DNA of 64,000 bases from Candidatus Woesearchaeota archaeon (GTDB lineage Archaea; Nanobdellota; Nanobdellia; Pacearchaeales; JAHJTO01): NCBI GenBank assembly GCA_964540065.1, contig CAZIKY010000001.1, positions 78,798 to 142,797 on the forward strand. The letters are read 5' to 3'. Position 1 is the first letter of the stretch, and the number at the start of each line of letters is the position of its first letter. Position numbers and translations under genes: made by a program. This document shows, one piece after another, positions 56,815-64,000 of this stretch. The notes beneath the pieces are model-generated. The model searched no databases, was not told the DNA's origin, and was given only the letters and a program-made list of their open reading frames with translations.

Positions 56815-57468
56815 TTACTTGCCTGTTCCCGTTCCTCTTGGAGCACCGCATCCAAGAATCCCGAAATCCCGGTATAAATCATAAGAATCTTTTCTTCGAT
56901 AATCCTTTTTTTCTTCATTAGTTTTTGGAATTTCCTGGACGATCTTTACGTCTTTCCACTCATTTGCTAGGGCATAAAAAGGGCATTCTGGCGGGATGCC
57001 CTGCACATGCAACACATTTACTGAATTTTCTAAGTATCGTGCAAGGGAAATTCTATGCAACCCATCAACAACAATATTCATCTTAACTTCTATGGGGTGA
57101 TCATATTTTATGTCTCCACGAGTATCATGATAGATCATTTTCTCCTCGCTAACTTCAACAATAGGGGGAATTAGCATATGCACTTCTCCATTTATGTCTA
57201 ACTCATATCCTCCCGTGAGTTTAAGGGGATCTATGCCATGTTCTCCTAGAAGATGAAGCCTCATGTCTCTCAAAGATTCTAATCTATCTTGCAAAAGGTA
57301 TTTGCTTCCGGGATTCAATTCTGTCCAAAACATCTCTCTTAAAACAATTCGAGCTTTTTGATAAGGAAATACTTTTGGGGAGTTGGGATCTTTAGATTTA
57401 AGAGGGACTGACCTGACTTCACTTATGAGTTTTTCGAGAGGAATGTGTTTTCGGACTAAGACTTTCAT
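56815..57468 (-). CDS. Hypothetical protein in the thymidylate cluster
   Basis: 217-aa ORF with no recognised motif. Translationally coupled on both sides (stop 2 nt before the downstream Tmk-HAD gene start at 56812; its own start overlaps the upstream ThyX-like gene by 4 nt). Confidence 0.35.
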   Translation of the reverse strand: MKVLVRKHIPLEKLISEVRSVPLKSKDPNSPKVFPYQKARIVLREMFWTELNPGSKYLLQDRLESLRDMRLHLLGEHGIDPLKLTGGYELDINGEVHMLIPPIVEVSEEKMIYHDTRGDIKYDHPIEVKMNIVVDGLHRISLARYLENSVNVLHVQGIPPECPFYALANEWKDVKIVQEIPKTNEEKKDYRRKDSYDLYRDFGILGCGAPRGTGTGK

Positions 57469-59315
57469 TTTAAAATTGTGCTACTTCGTTTTGAATTGTA
57501 CCAGGCCTTGGCATCTTTAAGATTGATTAAATGTGCGGGATAGTCTTCATGATGTGTTCTGAACAATCTTCCAAACTCGGGCATCCTTTGAGTATCTTCC
57601 CTTGCAATATCTAAGGCGACTCTTTTGTATGAGCTTATTGCTCCATCTCTGGATCTCAGCTCGGATACAAAAAGATCCTGGCCGAACTGCCAGCTGTAAA
57701 GTCTTCTAAATCTGAATGCAAATGGAACCATTAGCTGAGCCACATTTGGATCACAGCCATCATCGACAATTCTTCTATAAGTTTTATCGACTTTTTGCAT
57801 CAAAAATTGGAATTCGTCTTGAAGCCCCATTTCAAAGAATAAATCAGGAGTCTCAGCACCATGATATGTAGATAACAATTGTTTTGATTTTGTTCCCCTT
57901 CTGTGCCTCTGAAGATCTCTGTCGCCGCCATAGTCTATCAAAGTTTCCCTCATCAGACCGCCATGAAGCAGCTCTAAAGGATCTGCATCGAATCTGCCCC
58001 TAAGCCTTAAAACCGTATCGACAACATGGGTTATATCAGTCGGGTTCTTTGCAAAGTGGTTGTAAAGCTGTTTTATAGAGCAATGAGAATAGGGGAAAAC
58101 TAAAGAAGCGGCCAATTGTGCGTCATTGTATGAAGGAATAACATGGTCAACAAAATTTGTTCTCGAAGTTATTTCATAGGATTTGGTTCTTTCATCTTCA
58201 ACCCTAGACATCACAAAGTCAGTTAGTTCTTGCCTCAAACCAATAAGAAAATCGTTTCTGCCCGCATGAGTATTCTTTCCAAGAAGTGTTGGGAGAACTT
58301 TTCTTCCTTCAACCAACAAATTTTCTCCAAGATTTCTTGCAGTTATCAATGGTGAAGACAAAAGAGTCGTTAGATCCTCCTCCAGGGTCCTGGCATCACT
58401 CGCTACAGCCATCGAAGTCGTTATTGCCGGGAAAAGAAGATACCTCGTGAAATCAAATACTGTTTTTCTCGCATATTTAGGATAACCCTCTTCTCTTTCT
58501 TTGTAAATCTTGGCTTTTTTTTCCTCAAGATCTTTATCGCTGAAAACTCTTTCAGGATCCTTTCTTAATTCTTTCTTTTTCCATTCTACAACCCCTTCTT
58601 CAATACTTTCAGGAGTAAGCCAAAATTCTCTGAACGCCTGATTAGTAGGGTGCTTCTCAATATAATCTGTGCAGCGATCAGTGAAGTTTACATAAGCATC
58701 GCTCAAGAGCCTTATGGTTTCAAGAATTTGATCTGCATGCTTAGATCCTTTTATATCCGGATTGTCTTCAGCCCTCTTAAGAACCTTCGTACGATCGATA
58801 TACCTAGTAGACACAACTTGGGGCCTATCTTTTGGATTTTGAGTCACATTTTTGCCATCCAAGTCTGTAATGTTTTCTGCATGATAAAGCACATTCGCAC
58901 CGTCTTTTATAGAGCCATCACCATAACTCCTTATGGCCTCATCCCTTTCTTCCGAAGTATAGGATATTCCAAGAGACCAATCAGTATGGAATCTTGCACT
59001 TTCACTCTTTAAGGCTGCCCCGATAGATGGCCCTTCTTTTACTCTTCCATTTTCTTTTATCCTTTGCACGAGATCTCGAGCCATAGCAGGGTTTTTATCT
59101 AATGATTCCAAAAATTTTGCTTGATAAGGTTTGTCGCTTCTGCTAAATTTTGCGGCAAGAGTTGCTTGCTCCTCGGGACCGAATTCTTCTGAAGGGATAA
59201 CAAAAGAGATATCTGCGAAAGGTGATGTAAACGATCTAGAAAGTATGATTCTTTCCTCTTCTTCACTAAGGTTTTTTGTAAATCTCCCCATTTTAGCCCT
59301 CTTTTTATTCCACAA
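57465..59315 (-). CDS. Long ThyX-like protein (putative flavin-dependent thymidylate synthase, extended/duplicated form)
   Basis: 616 aa. Contains QRHRRGTKSKQLLSTY resembling the ThyX RHR-x7-S ... RY signature with a 2-aa insertion. Context next to Tmk and RNR supports the call. Otherwise unassigned. Confidence 0.35.
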   Translation of the reverse strand: MWNKKRAKMGRFTKNLSEEEERIILSRSFTSPFADISFVIPSEEFGPEEQATLAAKFSRSDKPYQAKFLESLDKNPAMARDLVQRIKENGRVKEGPSIGAALKSESARFHTDWSLGISYTSEERDEAIRSYGDGSIKDGANVLYHAENITDLDGKNVTQNPKDRPQVVSTRYIDRTKVLKRAEDNPDIKGSKHADQILETIRLLSDAYVNFTDRCTDYIEKHPTNQAFREFWLTPESIEEGVVEWKKKELRKDPERVFSDKDLEEKKAKIYKEREEGYPKYARKTVFDFTRYLLFPAITTSMAVASDARTLEEDLTTLLSSPLITARNLGENLLVEGRKVLPTLLGKNTHAGRNDFLIGLRQELTDFVMSRVEDERTKSYEITSRTNFVDHVIPSYNDAQLAASLVFPYSHCSIKQLYNHFAKNPTDITHVVDTVLRLRGRFDADPLELLHGGLMRETLIDYGGDRDLQRHRRGTKSKQLLSTYHGAETPDLFFEMGLQDEFQFLMQKVDKTYRRIVDDGCDPNVAQLMVPFAFRFRRLYSWQFGQDLFVSELRSRDGAISSYKRVALDIAREDTQRMPEFGRLFRTHHEDYPAHLINLKDAKAWYNSKRSSTILK

Positions 59316-59388
59316 TTTATCAAATTTACTATTTAAATAATTATAATCGCCAGAATGATTTTTTTATAATATCTTTTCCAGAACATCC

Positions 59389-62300
59389 TTGAGTAATCTT
59401 TATAAGAAGCGGCCCATTACCAATATAAAGATGGTGATTAGAAGGGTCCGTAAGAGGACCGGAGAAACTGTAGCATTTAATTCTTGGAAGATTACGGCCG
59501 CAATAGAGAAAGCTATGAAGGCTGTCGGTGAGCACGACAGAAAAGAAGCAAGAGTTTTAACAGATGGAGTTGTCAAATCGCTTGGAGAAAGGGAAAAATC
59601 CTTCTTCAAAGGCATTCCGGGAATAGAGGACATCCAGAATATTGTTGAGCAGGCATTAATGCGATCAAAATTCCAAAGAACGGCCAAAGCTTACCTGCTT
59701 TACAGAAAATCCAGGGCGCATGCCCGAGAGTTAAGAGAGTATTTCAAAATTAAAGATGATCTCAAACTGGATGTCAATGCAATCAAAGTCCTTCAGGAGA
59801 GGTATCTCCTAAAAAATGAGAAAGGTGAGATAATCGAAACTCCAACAGAACTCTTCAAAAGGGTTGCAAGAGCAGTCGCCCATGTTGATAAGTATTATGG
59901 AGAGAACATAGATCATGTAAAAGAGATTGAAAAAGAATTTTTTAATGCAATGAAAAACCTCGAATTCATGCCCAATACCCCCACACTTTTCAACGCAGAA
60001 ACAGAATTGGGCCAGTTGTCTGCCTGCTTCACCGAAGAGCAACCAATCATGACTTCACAAGGGATAAAACCCATCAAAGAGATAAAAGTTGGAGATTTAG
60101 TATTAACTGCTTCAGGCAAATTTTCGATAGTTAATAAAACAATGCAAAGAATGGCCAAAAGCAGATATAAGATTAATGTGTTAAAACTACCAAGTTCAAC
60201 TTTATCCGTTACTGGAGATCACCCCATTCTGGCCCTAAAAGGGAATAAACCCTCATGGGTGATGGTTAAGGATCTAAAAGAGGGAGATTTTGTAGCAATA
60301 TCCTATCCGAGAGAAACACAGGATTTAGAAGAAATAGAGCTAATAGACTTCCTATCAGATAAAAGATTCTTTGTAAAAGAGAATCTTATCTACAGAAAAA
60401 ATACTGATTCTAGATTAAGATCTGGAGAAGTAAGCAAACAAGTCAAACCAGTTAAGAACAGAATAGTTGTGGACGAAGAGCTATTGAGACTTTTAGGCTA
60501 TTTTGCAAGTGAAGGAGATATTGACGGTAAAGATTGTATCCGGTTTACTTTCTCAAACAAGGAAACAGTATATGCCCAGGATGTTATCGAGATCTTAAAA
60601 GAAAAGTTCAATATATCTTCCAAAATAGAAAGCTCAAATTTTGGAAACTGGATAAATGTTAGAGCTAATTCTTTAATTCTCTGTGAATTATTTGAAAAAA
60701 TAATCGGGAAAGGATTTAACAAAAAAGTCGTACCATCATGGATTTTAAAATTGCCAAAAGAAAAGCAAAAAGGATTTATTATCGGCGCGTTCAGAGGAGA
60801 TTCAACTTTATTTTTGAACAAACATGTGCACAATGCAAGGTTAGTTATGTCTAATGTTAATTTAGTATATGCTGTTTGGGTAATGTTGATGAGGAGAGGC
60901 GTGGTACCTAGCTTTAGAAAGGAAAAGGTACCCGCTCTTGGGAGAACAAACCCTTATTCTTGTTTAATAAAGTCTGCTGAAAGTAAAAGGTTGATGGAAG
61001 AGATTTATTTAAAAAGAGTGGATAGCCCGACACAAGCCAGCATGCAAAGAATATCAGAGAAACTGATCGGCGATACAGTATTTTTGCCTATAAAAAGCAT
61101 AGAATATGTAGAAGAAGAGGCATTAGTTTATAACTTTGAGGTGGAGGGAGAACACACTTACGTAGCGAATTGTGTTGCAGTACATAACTGCTTTGTCCTC
61201 CCCATAGATGATAGTCTTGAAAGCATTTTTACGACACTTAAGCATACTGCCACTATACAGCAAAGCGGCGGCGGTACGGGTTTTTCATTTTCCCAGCTGA
61301 GGCCAAAAGGAGACATGGTAAAAAGCACTAAAGGTACCGCATCCGGGCCAGTTTCATTCATAAAGATTTATGATCAAACAACAGAGGTAATCAAACAGGG
61401 GGGAAAGAGACGCGGGGCGAACATGGCAATACTCCATGTAAGCCATCCAGACATCCTTGAATTTGTAACTGCAAAAAAAGGTTCAAAACATCTTAGCAAC
61501 TTCAATATTTCAGTTGCGGCCGATGACAAATTTATGAAAGCTGTGATCAAAGGAAAAAAATATCCTCTGATAAATCCAAGAATGGGAGAGATCGTTAATA
61601 AGATTGATGCTAAAGAGCTGTTTAATTTTATTGCACAAAATGCCTGGGAAACAGGAGACCCGGGCATGATATTCATAGATGAGATAAATAAATATAATCC
61701 TGTTCTAAAAACTGTTGGGAAAATAGAAGCCACAAATCCTTGCGGAGAGGTCCCGCTTCTCCCATATGAATCTTGCAATCTCGGTTCGATTAACCTTTCA
61801 AAAGTTTATGATGAAAAAAGTAAAGATATAGATTGGGGTAAGTTATGCCATCTGGTTAGATTGGGGATTCATTTCTTAGACAATGTAATTGATGCTAATA
61901 GGTATCCTATTCCGGAGCTTGAAAAAGCCGCAAAAGAGAACAGAAGAATTGGCCTGGGAGTGATGGGGTTTGCAGATCTTCTGATAAAAATAGGGATTCC
62001 TTACAATTCTCCTGAAACAATCAAACTTGCAGAGAAAATAGCGAAATTTATTTCTGATGAAGCAGATAAGAGAAGTATAGAGCTTGCAAATGAAAGGGGA
62101 TCTTTCCCAAACTTTAAGGGCTCAGCTCTTGAAAAAAAATTTAAGGCAATCAGAAACGTTGCAAGAACAACAATTGCTCCTACAGGAACTATCTCAATAA
62201 TCTCGGGTTGCTCGTCTGGAATTGAGCCCCTATTTGCAGTAGCCTTTATGAGGGAAGTTCTTGGAGGCAAACACTTGTTTGAAGTAAATAAAGAGTTCCA

Positions 62301-62700
62301 AAGCATATTGCTAAAAGAAGGGCTTTATGATGACAAGTTATTAGATAAAATCGCAAAACAGGGAAACCTTAAGGGAATAAAGCTTCCTAAAGAGATTAAA
62401 GATCTTTTTGTGACTGCCTTAGAGATTTCTCCAGAGCACCATATAAAAATCCAGGCAGCATTTCAAAAATACACAGATAATGCAGTGAGCAAGACGATTA
62501 ACCTTCCAAACTCTGCAAAGCCTAAAGACATTGCGGCAGCTTACCTTTTGGCCTACAAGCTAAAATGCAAGGGAATAACTGTCTACAGATATGGGAGCAA
62601 GCCTTCCCAAGTCCTTTATCTTGGAGAAGGAAAGAAGTATACCAAAGCGAATATAGACTTTAGCGGTGGGACTTGCATCGGAAAAGTCTGCACTTTCTAA
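59389..62700 (+). CDS. nrdJ: Class II (adenosylcobalamin) ribonucleotide reductase with N-terminal ATP-cone, interrupted by an intein
   Basis: ATP-cone (VIRRVRKRTGETVAFNSWKI). Catalytic-site motif split as ...TELGQLSA | intein | CFVLPIDDSLESIF. Downstream NPCGEVPL and C-terminal Cys cluster. The extein is about 715 aa. Confidence 0.85.
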   Translation: MSNLYKKRPITNIKMVIRRVRKRTGETVAFNSWKITAAIEKAMKAVGEHDRKEARVLTDGVVKSLGEREKSFFKGIPGIEDIQNIVEQALMRSKFQRTAKAYLLYRKSRAHARELREYFKIKDDLKLDVNAIKVLQERYLLKNEKGEIIETPTELFKRVARAVAHVDKYYGENIDHVKEIEKEFFNAMKNLEFMPNTPTLFNAETELGQLSACFTEEQPIMTSQGIKPIKEIKVGDLVLTASGKFSIVNKTMQRMAKSRYKINVLKLPSSTLSVTGDHPILALKGNKPSWVMVKDLKEGDFVAISYPRETQDLEEIELIDFLSDKRFFVKENLIYRKNTDSRLRSGEVSKQVKPVKNRIVVDEELLRLLGYFASEGDIDGKDCIRFTFSNKETVYAQDVIEILKEKFNISSKIESSNFGNWINVRANSLILCELFEKIIGKGFNKKVVPSWILKLPKEKQKGFIIGAFRGDSTLFLNKHVHNARLVMSNVNLVYAVWVMLMRRGVVPSFRKEKVPALGRTNPYSCLIKSAESKRLMEEIYLKRVDSPTQASMQRISEKLIGDTVFLPIKSIEYVEEEALVYNFEVEGEHTYVANCVAVHNCFVLPIDDSLESIFTTLKHTATIQQSGGGTGFSFSQLRPKGDMVKSTKGTASGPVSFIKIYDQTTEVIKQGGKRRGANMAILHVSHPDILEFVTAKKGSKHLSNFNISVAADDKFMKAVIKGKKYPLINPRMGEIVNKIDAKELFNFIAQNAWETGDPGMIFIDEINKYNPVLKTVGKIEATNPCGEVPLLPYESCNLGSINLSKVYDEKSKDIDWGKLCHLVRLGIHFLDNVIDANRYPIPELEKAAKENRRIGLGVMGFADLLIKIGIPYNSPETIKLAEKIAKFISDEADKRSIELANERGSFPNFKGSALEKKFKAIRNVARTTIAPTGTISIISGCSSGIEPLFAVAFMREVLGGKHLFEVNKEFQSILLKEGLYDDKLLDKIAKQGNLKGIKLPKEIKDLFVTALEISPEHHIKIQAAFQKYTDNAVSKTINLPNSAKPKDIAAAYLLAYKLKCKGITVYRYGSKPSQVLYLGEGKKYTKANIDFSGGTCIGKVCTF
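60025..61188 (+). mobile_element. Intein (388 aa) with LAGLIDADG homing-endonuclease domain inside the RNR gene
   Basis: Starts with Cys (CFTEEQPIMT), ends VAVHN followed by extein +1 Cys. Two LAGLIDADG-like blocks (LLGYFASEGDIDG, GFIIGAFRGDSTLF). Inserted exactly at the conserved active-site Cys. Confidence 0.75.
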
Positions 62701-62759
62701 AAGTTAGAAATTTCCTTAACTACCGATAGGTTAATAAAGGCAAAATTTTTGCCTTCGGG

Positions 62760-63011
62760 ATGTCAATAGACCAAAGAGTAGAAAGAGATAAAAGTTTGGT
62801 TCTAAAGCCAGGATATGCTATCCAAGTAAAAAGCGATGGTTTATCTGTAGTGCCTACACAAGACACTCGACAGAGAGAGTATAACCACGATGTTAGGAAA
62901 GTTATTGGCGATAAATTAGCCATAACTGCCCGAAGGTACATCGGTGGAAAATCTGTAGAGGTAAAAGGCACCATAGGTTTAGAATATGTGGCAAATTACT
63001 GCTTCAATTAA
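62760..63011 (+). CDS. Hypothetical small protein
   Basis: 83-aa ORF between RNR and bud32 with no recognised motif. Confidence 0.3.
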   Translation: MSIDQRVERDKSLVLKPGYAIQVKSDGLSVVPTQDTRQREYNHDVRKVIGDKLAITARRYIGGKSVEVKGTIGLEYVANYCFN

Positions 63012-63057
63012 ATTACTTTCTAACAAAATTTATAACTGAAGATTTGCTTAGTTAGGC

Positions 63058-63690
63058 ATGGAAAAAGAAAAGATTATAGCAAAAGGAGCCGAAGCAGTCC
63101 TAATACATAAGGGAGATTCATTGATCAAACGCAGGGTGAGTAAAGGTTACCGCCATCCCGAACTGGATAAATGGATAAGAACTAGGAGAACAAGAAGGGA
63201 ATCAAAGATTCTTGATAAGGTTAGCAAAACCATAAACTCCCCAAAACTCCTTAATTCGGATGAAGCAAAAACTGAGATCGAAATGCAGTTTGTTGGAGGA
63301 AAAGTCTTGAGCGACAATCTTGATAAGCTTTCAAAAAAAGATTCTTTGAAAATCTGCTTTGATATCGGCAGCGAAATCGGCCTTCTCCACAGCATGGACA
63401 TAATCCATGGAGACTTAACTACGAGCAATATGATTCTTAACGGTGAAAAAATTTCTTTGATTGATTTTGGCCTCGGTTTCCACTCTGCAAGAGCTGAAGA
63501 TAAAGCCGTTGATCTTAAGCTTCTAAAGGAGGCAATGAAAAGTAAACACTACAAAAACTGGGAAGATTATTTCAACCAAGTCCTCAAAGGATATAAGGTC
63601 ACAAGCAAAGAAGAAAGCAAAGTTTTCGAGCAGTTAAAAAAGGTTGAAGGCAGAGGCAGATATAAGGGAAAGAAGAAAGAAAATTATTGA
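63058..63690 (+). CDS. bud32: Bud32/PRPK atypical protein kinase (KEOPS complex)
   Basis: 210 aa. GAEAVLIHK ... KRRVSKGYRHPELD ... IIHGDLTTSNMIL ... IDFGL matches Bud32. RIO-type kinase is the alternative. Confidence 0.8.
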   Translation: MEKEKIIAKGAEAVLIHKGDSLIKRRVSKGYRHPELDKWIRTRRTRRESKILDKVSKTINSPKLLNSDEAKTEIEMQFVGGKVLSDNLDKLSKKDSLKICFDIGSEIGLLHSMDIIHGDLTTSNMILNGEKISLIDFGLGFHSARAEDKAVDLKLLKEAMKSKHYKNWEDYFNQVLKGYKVTSKEESKVFEQLKKVEGRGRYKGKKKENY

Positions 63691-63709
63691 ATTCTGAGTC
63701 CAAGAAAGC

Positions 63710-63717
63710 TTTAAAAG
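63710..63717 (+). promoter_or_regulatory. TATA-like box (TTTAAAAG) upstream of tRNA-Gln
   Basis: Lies 31 nt upstream of the tRNA 5' end, the same spacing as at the other tRNAs. Confidence 0.4.
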
Positions 63718-63740
63718 TCGAACAACTTTTTCTCAATTAT

Positions 63741-63812
63741 AGCCCCATAGTACAGCGGTCCAGTATGCGGGTCTTTGGAACCTGTGACCCCGGTTCGAAT
63801 CCGGGTGGGGCT
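63741..63812 (+). tRNA. tRNA-Gln (anticodon TTG) with A1:U72
   Basis: Acceptor AGCCCCA/TGGGGCT, D-stem GTAC/GTAT, anticodon stem CGGGT/ACCTG with loop CTTTGGA, T-arm CCCGG-TTCGAAT-CCGGG. Confidence 0.8.
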
Positions 63813-63834
63813 ATTATTTTCATATTTTCAAAAA

Positions 63835-64000
63835 ATGAACCGAATGTTAAAAGAGATGGCTGAAGATGCTAAAGCTTTAGGAGGAATACCTTTTTTTATT
63901 ATCTCGATTCTTTTCACGCTGGCAACAGGGTACATAGATCTTGCCATAAAATTATCTCTAGGATTCATTCTCTGCTATATAATCGCAGCCCCCTTCAGGC
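63835..64000 (+). CDS. N-terminal fragment of a membrane protein running off the window
   Basis: ATG at 63835, then a hydrophobic segment (FFIISILFTLATGYIDLAIKLSLGFILCYIIAAPF). No stop before the window end. Confidence 0.3.
   Translation, partial: MNRMLKEMAEDAKALGGIPFFIISILFTLATGYIDLAIKLSLGFILCYIIAAPFR

Noticed and set aside
63741-63812. Initiator tRNA-Met (because of the A1:U72 pair)
   Set aside because: The anticodon loop reads CTTTGGA (anticodon TTG), so it is tRNA-Gln. A1:U72 is normal for archaeal tRNA-Gln.
1-64000. CRISPR arrays, cas genes, integrases, transposases
   Set aside because: A scan for regularly spaced direct repeats and for integrase/transposase-like ORFs found none. The Cas4-like gene is stand-alone.

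Overview
This 64-kb window reads as a gene-dense, low-GC (about 35%) archaeal chromosome segment. Coding runs on both strands with short or overlapping intergenic gaps.

The archaeal assignment rests on the information-processing genes: TFB, Alba, ribosomal proteins S17e/S8e/S3Ae/L44e, an Sm protein, SRP54 and FtsY, tRNA-splicing endonuclease EndA, RNase Z, GINS, Bud32, archaeal-type AlaRS/LeuRS/GlyRS, and a class II ribonucleotide reductase interrupted by a LAGLIDADG intein. There are eight tRNA genes: Arg-TCT (with a 25-nt intron at the canonical 37/38 position), Cys-GCA, Ala-GGC, Met-CAT, Leu-TAG, Val-GAC, Thr-TGT and Gln-TTG (A1:U72, archaeal style). Each has a TATA-like box centred near -27. 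Compactness, a split gene (dph2 in two adjacent ORFs) and a giant secreted protein suggest a small-genome, possibly DPANN-like archaeon; that is inference.

No CRISPR array, integrase or transposase was seen.

The main candidates for novelty are:
1. A 2228-aa signal-peptide-bearing, Cys-rich giant surface protein with a GH23/SLT lytic-transglycosylase domain. It is flanked by an ABC exporter, a secreted protein and a 620-aa protein with a type-IV-pilin-like (class III) signal, all between two tRNA genes.
2. A DNA end-processing/repair island (HhH-GPD glycosylase, HIT, tRNA-Met, then a Nudix / Cas4-like Fe-S nuclease / divergent endonuclease-IV-like TIM barrel / AEP primase-polymerase-like operon).
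3. Tandem paralogous 52-aa zinc-ribbon genes between ftsY and srp54.
4. A thymidylate/dNTP cluster with a Tmk-HAD phosphatase fusion, a long ThyX-like protein and the intein-containing RNR.
5. A putative amine/GABA catabolic operon (class III aminotransferase, two ALDHs, GDH, saccharopine-DH-like).

All functional calls come from motif recognition by eye. No database search was run.
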